DNA of 64,000 nt from Chrysomallon squamiferum. Lineage: Eukaryota; Animalia; Mollusca. Position 1 is the first letter of the stretch, and each line of letters begins with the position of its first letter. Below are positions 56,491-64,000 of the stretch, piece by piece. The stretch covers positions 16,182,001 through 16,246,000 of the forward strand of contig CM022666.1 in NCBI GenBank assembly GCA_012295275.1, in the 5' to 3' direction. Made by a program: the position numbers and the translations under genes. A model generated the notes under the pieces. The model was not told the origin of the DNA. It worked only from the letters and a program-made list of their open reading frames with translations, and searched no databases.

Positions 56491-59400
56491 CTGCTCTAAT
56501 CAGAGAACTGTAGACACTAATCTAATCAGAGAACTATAGACACTACTCTAACCAGTGAATTATAGACACTACTCTAACCAGTGAACTATAGACACTACTC
56601 TAACCAGTGAACTATAGACATCACTCTAACCAGTGAACTATAGACACCACTCTAACCAGTGAACTATAGACACTGATCTAACCAGTGAACTATAGACACT
56701 GATCTAACCAGTGAACTATAGACACTGATCTAACCAGTGAACTATAGACACTGATCTAACCAGTGAACTATATACACTGATCTAACCAGTGAACTATAGA
56801 CACTGATCTAACCAGTGAACTATAGACACCACTCTAACCAGTGAACTATAGACACCAATCTAACCAGTGAACTATAGACACTACTCTAACCAGTGAACTA
56901 TAGACACTAATCTAACCAGTGAACTATAGACACTGATCTACCAGTGAACTATAGACACTGATCTAACCAGTGAACTATAGACACTACTCTAACCAGTGAA
57001 CTATAGACACTAATCTAATCAGTGAACTATAGACACTAATCTACCAGTGAACTATAGACACTAATCTAATCAGAGAACTATAGACACTACTCTAACCAGT
57101 GAATTATAGACACTACTCTAACCAGTGAACTATAGACACTACTCTAACCAGTGAACTATAGACACCACTCTAACCAGTGAACTATAGACACCACTCTAAC
57201 CAGTGAACTATAGACACTGATCTAACCAGTGAACTATAGACACTGATCTAACCAGTGAACTATAGACACTCATCTAACCAGTGAACTATAGACACTGATC
57301 TAACCAGTGAACTATAGACACTAATCTAACCAGTGAACTATAGACACTGATCTAACCAGTGAACTATAGACACCACTCTAACCAGTGAACTATAGACACC
57401 AATCTAACCAGTGAACTATAGACACTACTCTAACCAGTGAACTATAGACACTAATCTAACCAGTGAACTATAGACACTGATCTACCAATGAACTATAGAC
57501 ACTGATCTAACCACTGAACTATAGACACTACTCTAACCAGTGAACTATAGACACTAATCTAATCAGTGAACTATAGACACTAATCTACCAGTGAACTATA
57601 GACACTAATCTAATCAGAGAACTATAGACACTACTCTAACCAGTGAATTATAGACACTACTCTAACCAGTGAACTATAGACACTACTCTAACCAGTGAAC
57701 TATAGACACCACTCTAACCAGTGAACTATAGACACCACTCTAACCAGTGAACTATAGACACTGATCTAACCAGTGAACTATAGACACTGATCTAACCAGT
57801 GAACTATAGACACTGATCTAACCAGTGAACTATAGACACTGATCTAACCAGTGAACTATAGACACTAATCTAACCAGTGAACTATAGACACTGATCTAAC
57901 CAGTGAACTATAGACACCACTCTAACCAGTGAACTATAGACACCAATCTAACCAGTGAACTATAGACACTACTCTAACCAGTGAACTATAGACACTAATC
58001 TAACCAGTGAACTATAGACACTGATCTACCAATGAACTATAGACACTGATCTAACCACTGAACTATAGACACTACTCTAACCAGTGAACTATAGACACTA
58101 ATCTAATCAGTGAACTATAGACACTAATCTACCAGTGAACTATAGACACTAATCTAACCAGGGAACACTAGACACTACTCTAACCAGTGAACTATAGACA
58201 CTAATCTAACCAGTGAACTATAGACACTAATCTACCAGTGAACTATAGACACTGATATAACCAGTGAACTATAGACACTACTCTAACCAGTGAACTATAG
58301 ACACTAATCTAATCAGTGAACTATAGACACTAATCTACCAGTGAACTATAGACACTGATCTAACCAGTGAACTATAGACACTGATCTAACCAGTGAACTA
58401 TAGACACTAATCTACCAGAGAACTACAGACACTACTCTAACCAGTGAACTATAGACACTACTCTAACCAGTGAATTATAGACACTGATCTAACCAGCGAA
58501 CTATAGACACTGATCTAACCAGCGAACTATAGACACTAATCTAACCAGCGAACTATAGACACTGATCTAACCAGTGAATTATAGACACTAATCTAACCAG
58601 TGAAGTATAGACACTACTCTAACCAGTGAACTATAGACACCACTCTAACCAGTGAACTATAGACACCAATCTAACCAGTGAACTATAGACACTACTCTAA
58701 CCAGTGAACTATAGACACCACTCTAACCAGTGAACTATAGACACCAATCTAACCAGTGAACTATAGACACTACTCTAACCAGTGAACTATAGACACTAAT
58801 CTAACCAGTGAACTATAGACACTAATCTACCAGTGAACTATAGACACTGATCTAACCAGTGAACTATAGACACTACTCTAACCAGTGAACTATAGACACT
58901 AATCTACCAGTGAACTATAGACACTAATCTAACCAGGGAACACTAGACACTACTCTAACCAGTGAACTATAGACACTAATCTAACCAGTGAACTATAGAC
59001 ACTAATCTACCAGTGAACTATAGACACTGATCTAACCAGTGAACTATAGACACTACTCTAACCAGTGAACTATAGACAATAATCTAATCAGTGAACTATA
59101 GACACTAATCTACCAGTGAACTATAGACACTAATCTACCAGTGAACTATAGACACTGATCTAACCAGTGAACTATAGACACTAATCTACCAGTGAACTAC
59201 AGACACTACTCTAACCAGTGAACTATAGACACTACTCTAACCAGTGAATTATAGACACTGATCTAACCAGCGAACTATAGACACTGATCTAACCAGCGAA
59301 CTATAGACACTAATCTAACCAGCGAACTATAGACACTGATCTAACCAGTGAATTATAGACACTAATCTAACCAGTGAAGTATAGACACTACTCTAACCAG

Positions 59401-62248
59401 TGAACTATAGACACCACTCTAACCAGTGAACTATAGACACCAATCTAACCAGTGAACTATAGACACTACTCTAACCAGTGAACTATAGACACTAATCTAA
59501 CCAGTGAACTATAGACACTAATCTACCAGTGAACTATAGACACTGATCTAACCAGTGAACTATAGACACTACTCTAACCAGTGAACTATAGACACTAATC
59601 TAACCAGTGAACTATAGACACTAATCTACCAGTGAACTATAGACACTAATCTAACCAGGGAACACTAGACACTACTCTAACCAGTGAACTATAGACACTA
59701 ATCTAACCAGTGAATTATAGACACTAATATACCAGTGAACTATAGACACTGATCTAACCAGTGAACTATAGACACTACTCTAACCAGTGAACTATAGACA
59801 CTAATCTAACCAGTGAACTATAGACACTAATCTACCAGTGAACTATAGACACTGATCTAACCAGTGAACTATAGACACTACTCTAACCAGTGAACTATAG
59901 ACACTAATCTAACCAGGGAACACTAGACACTACTCTAACCAGTGAACTATAGACACTAATCTAACCAGTGAACTATAGACACTAATCTACCAGTGAACTA
60001 TAGACACTGATCTAACCAGTGAACTATAGACACTAATCTACCAGTGAACTAAAGACACTACTCTAACCAGTGAACTATAGACACTACTCTAACCAGTGAA
60101 TTATAGACACTAATCTAACCAGGGAACACTAGACACTACTCTAACCAGTGAACTATAGACACTAATCTAACCAGTTAATTATAGACACTGATCTAACCAG
60201 CGAACTATAGACACTGATCTAACCAGCGAACTATAGACACTAATCTAACCAGCGAACTATAGACACTGATCTAACCAGTGAATTATAGACACTAATCTAA
60301 CCAGTGAACTATAGACACTACTCTAACCAGTGAACTATAGACACCACTCTAGCCAGTGAACTATAGACACCAATCTAACCAGTGAACTATAGACACTACT
60401 CTAACCAGTGAACTATAGACACTAATCTAACCAGTTTACTATAGACACTAATCTACCAGTGAACTATAGACACTGATCTAACCAGTGAACTATAGACACT
60501 ACTCTAACCAGTGAACTATAGACACTAATCTAATCAGTGAACTATAGACACTAATCTACCAGTGAACTATAGACACTAATCTAACCAGGGAACACTAGAC
60601 ACTACTCTAACCAGTGAACTATAGACACTAATCTAACCAGTGAACTATAGACACTAATCTACCAGTGAACTATAGACACTGATATAACCAGTGAACTATA
60701 GACACTACTCTAACCAGTGAACTATAGACACTAATCTAATCAGTGAACTATAGACACTAATCTACCAGTGAACTATAGACACTGATCTAACCAGTGAACT
60801 ATAGACACTGATCTAACCAGTGAACTATAGACACTAATCTACCAGAGAACTACAGACACTACTCTAACCAGTGAACTATAGACACTACTCTAACCAGTGA
60901 ATTATAGACACTGATCTAACCAGCGAACTATAGACACTGATCTAACCAGCGAACTATAGACACTAATCTAACCAGCGAACTATAGACACTGATCTAACCA
61001 GTGAATTATAGACACTAATCTAACCAGTGAATTATAGACACTAATCTAACCAGTGAACTATAGACACACACTCTAACCAGTGAACTATAGACACCACTCT
61101 AACCAGTGAACTATAGACACCAATCTAACCAGTGAACTATAGACACTACTCTAACCAGTGAACTATAGACACCACTCTAACCAGTGAACTATAGACACCA
61201 ATCTAACCAGTGAACTATAGACACTACTCTAACCAGTGAACTATAGACACTAATCTAACCAGTGAACTATAGACACTAATCTACCAGTGAACTATAGACA
61301 CTGATCTAACCAGTGAACTATAGACACTACTCTAACCAGTGAACTATAGACACTAATCTAATCAGTGAACTATAGACACTAATCTACCAGTGAACTATAG
61401 ACACTAATCTAACCAGGGAACACTAGACACTACTCTAACCAGTGAACTATAGACACTAATCTAACCAGTGAACTATAGACACTAATCTACCAGTGAACTA
61501 TAGACACTGATCTAACCAGTGAACTATAGACACTACTCTAACCAGTGAACTATAGACAATAATCTAATCAGTGAACTATAGACACTAATCTACCAGTGAA
61601 CTATAGACACTAATCTACCAGCGAACTATAGACACTGATCTAACCAGCGAACTATAGACACTAATCTAACCAGCGAACTATAGACACTGATCTAACCAGT
61701 GAATTATAGACACTAATCTAACCAGTGAACTATAGACACTGATCTAACCAGCGAACTATAGACACTAATCTAACCAGTGAACTATAGACACTAATCTAAC
61801 CAGTGAACTATAGACACTAATCTACCAGTGAACTATAGACACTGATCTAACCAGTGAACTATAGACACTACTCTAACCAGTGAACTATAGACACTAATCT
61901 AATCAGTGAACTATAGACACTAATCTACCAGTGAACTATAGACACTAATCTAACCAGGGAACACTAGACACTACTCTAACCAGTGAACTATAGACACTAA
62001 TCTAACCAGTGAACTATAGACACTAATCTACCAGTGAACTATAGACACTGATCTAACCAGTGAACTATAGACACTACTCTAACCAGTGAACTATAGACAC
62101 TGATCTAACCAGTGAACTATTGACACTAATCTAACCAGTGAACTACAGACACTAATCTAACCAGTGAACTATAGACACTGATCTAACCAGTGAACTATAG
62201 ACACTAATCTACCAGTGAACTATAGACACTAATCTAACCAGTGAACTA
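56491..62248. repeat. 26-bp satellite (TCTAACCAGTGAACTATAGACAC-NNN), roughly 220 monomers, with higher-order repeats
   Basis: Directly visible tandem array; 25-bp deletion variant (TCTACCAG); diagnostic variant AATCAGAGA recurs at 56524, 57068 and 57612 (544-bp period). Confidence 0.98.
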
Positions 62249-62920
62249 GAAACTTTGCTCTGTATTCACTGCTGAAGTAAAGATGTAGACATAGACACTG
62301 ATCTAACCAGTGAACTACAGACATTACTCTAACCAGTGAACTACAGACATTACTCTAACCAGTGAAATATAGACACTCATCTAACCAGTGAACTACAGAC
62401 ACCAATCTAACCAATGACTCGAAACTTTGCTCTGTATTCACTGTTGAAGTAAAGATGTAGACATAGACACTAATCTAACCAGTGAACTATAGACACTAAT
62501 CTAACCAGTGAACTACAGACACCAATCTAACCAATGACTCGAAACTTTGCTCTGTATTCACTGTTGAAGTAAAGATGTAGACATAGACACTAATCTAACC
62601 AGTGAACTATAGACACTAATCTAACCAGTGAACTACAGACACCAATCTAACCAATGACTCGAAACTTTGCTCTGTATTCACTGTTGAAGTAAAGATGTAG
62701 ACATAGACACTAATCTAACCAGTGAACTATAGACACTCATCTAACCAGTGAACTATAGACACTAATCTAACCAGTGAACTATAGACACTGATCTAACCAA
62801 TGACTAGAAACTTTGCTCTGTATTCACTGCTGAAGTAAAGATGTAGACATAGACACTAATCAAACCAGTGAACTACAGACACCAATCTGTATTCAGTGCT
62901 GAGCTAAAGGTGTGGACATA
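62249..62920. repeat. Composite satellite edge: 26-bp monomers interleaved with a ~45-bp unrelated block (GAAACTTTGCTCTGTATTCACTGTTGAAGTAAAGATGTAGACAT), 5 copies, core period 120 bp
   Basis: The 60-nt lines starting at 62401, 62521 and 62641 are identical. Confidence 0.95.
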
Positions 62921-63214
62921 CTCGACATTTCAGACGAGCACTGTGTACCTGTGTACTGTGTACTTGTCAGACTGCGCGACTCTCCCAGACTGACACCGCC
63001 GTTCTGAGCCCGACCCATGATCATAACTCCATCAAACGACAACACAAAAACATCGTAAAAGAAGATTAGGCTGAGAATATTTCCATAATAATTATGTGAT
63101 CATCTACACCTGCTCTGCAATAAATCACAGGACACGACAAAACTGTCTTGACAATATCATTTTTCTGAATTTTTTTAGAAAAATAGAAATAAATATCGGT
63201 CGTCTACCTTAAAG

Positions 63215-63770
63215 TGTCTGTTACTGTGTCTGTGTCTGTGTGTGTGTCTGTGTCTGTGTCTGTGTGTGTGTGTCTGTGTGTGTTTGTGTCTGTGTCTAAC
63301 CAGTGAACAGTGTCTGTGTCTGTTACTGTGTCTGTGTCTGTGTCTGTGTGTTTGTGTGTGTGTTGTCTATGTGTGCAATTAATCAAACACTACGACAAAA
63401 CAGTCTACACGACTCCGTCTTTGTCTGAAAAATAGGTCATCTTCCCATAGGTGACTATTACGGTTCTTTTCTGCATATATCTATATACTTACATACATAT
63501 ATACATACATACATACATATTATTATTATTAATATTGTTGTTAATACTACTACTATTACTACTACTACTATTACTACTACTACTACTATTATTATTATTA
63601 TTACTATTATTATTACTATTATTACTATTATTATTATTATTATTACTGTTACTACTACTACTACTACTATTATTATTATTATTACTATTACTACTACTAC
63701 TACTGTTATTATTATTACTATTATTATTATTATTGCTGTTGTTGTTTCTGTTGTTGTTGTTATTGTTATT
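63215..63770. repeat. (TGTGTC)n and (ATT)/(ACT)n microsatellites just upstream of the plus-strand exon
   Basis: Directly visible. Confidence 0.95.
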
Positions 63771-63782
63771 ATTACATTTCAG

Positions 63783-63961
63783 CGTCGTCACAGACGAGGT
63801 TTCAGAGGAGTAAAGGTGTTCGTCTGTTCAGTGCAGTTGCACTGCCCCAGCTGCTGCTGGGTGCCATGGCGACCTGCGCAGGTATCGTCACAGTGTACGT
63901 GGGGTCACTGAATGCCGCCTTCCCCTTCGTCACCGGCTCTGATATCTTTAGTGGCGTAATG
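63783..63961 (+). CDS. Exon of a putative CD20/MS4A-like membrane protein (SSQTRFQRSKGVRLFSAVALPQLLLGAMATCAGIVTVYVGSLNAAFPFVTGSDIFSGVM); gene continues beyond the window
   Basis: GC-rich open frame between ACATTTCAG| and ATG|GTAATT. A hydrophobic helix with Q-L-L-L-G-x6-G followed by 'G-x-x-I-F-S-G-V' resembles MS4A TM1/TM2 (QIxxG...GxxxWxG). Family call is from pattern recall only. Confidence 0.6.
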
Positions 63962-64000
63962 GTAATTAAAACTGCCTCTTTTACAACGTTTCTGCAGCAC

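Noticed and set aside
56491-62248. Satellite as a coding repeat or a programmed variable cassette
   Set aside because: The 26/25-bp unit is not a multiple of 3 and is full of stops, and the ORF track shows nothing here. Variant patterns are explained by nested duplication.
62930-63060. Possible additional plus-strand exon after the satellite (TTTCAG| at ~62933)
   Set aside because: No suitable donor or meaningful frame; the exons at 53754 and 63783 already join in phase.

Overview
AT-rich, microsatellite-dense eukaryotic genomic DNA, probably from an invertebrate (a mollusc or other lophotrochozoan is my inference). Nearly all ORFs in the supplied track are simple-repeat artefacts. Two spliced genes can be reconstructed, arranged head-to-head. 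(1) An 11-exon matrix metalloproteinase (peptidase M10A) on the minus strand, 45105->11270, about 570 aa. It has a signal peptide, cysteine switch PRCGVPD, furin site RKKR, zinc motif [11 protein letters not shown], Met-turn, hemopexin domain and a GPI-like C-terminus. Exon 2 is frameshifted/garbled as assembled. Its 3' end plus splice donor is reiterated six more times in intron 2, and three of those extra donors are in frame. (2) The first two coding exons of a putative CD20/MS4A-like membrane protein on the plus strand (53691-53754, 63783-63961), with a TATA box and CRE upstream. Its 10-kb first intron holds a 39-bp minisatellite carrying five perfect AP-1 sites, an NF-kB-like palindrome and a ~6.4-kb 26-bp satellite with higher-order structure. 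Other items: hairpin-bearing minisatellites, a hAT-like terminal repeat, an interspersed repeat pair and a G-quadruplex motif. No rRNA, tRNA or CRISPR array was found.
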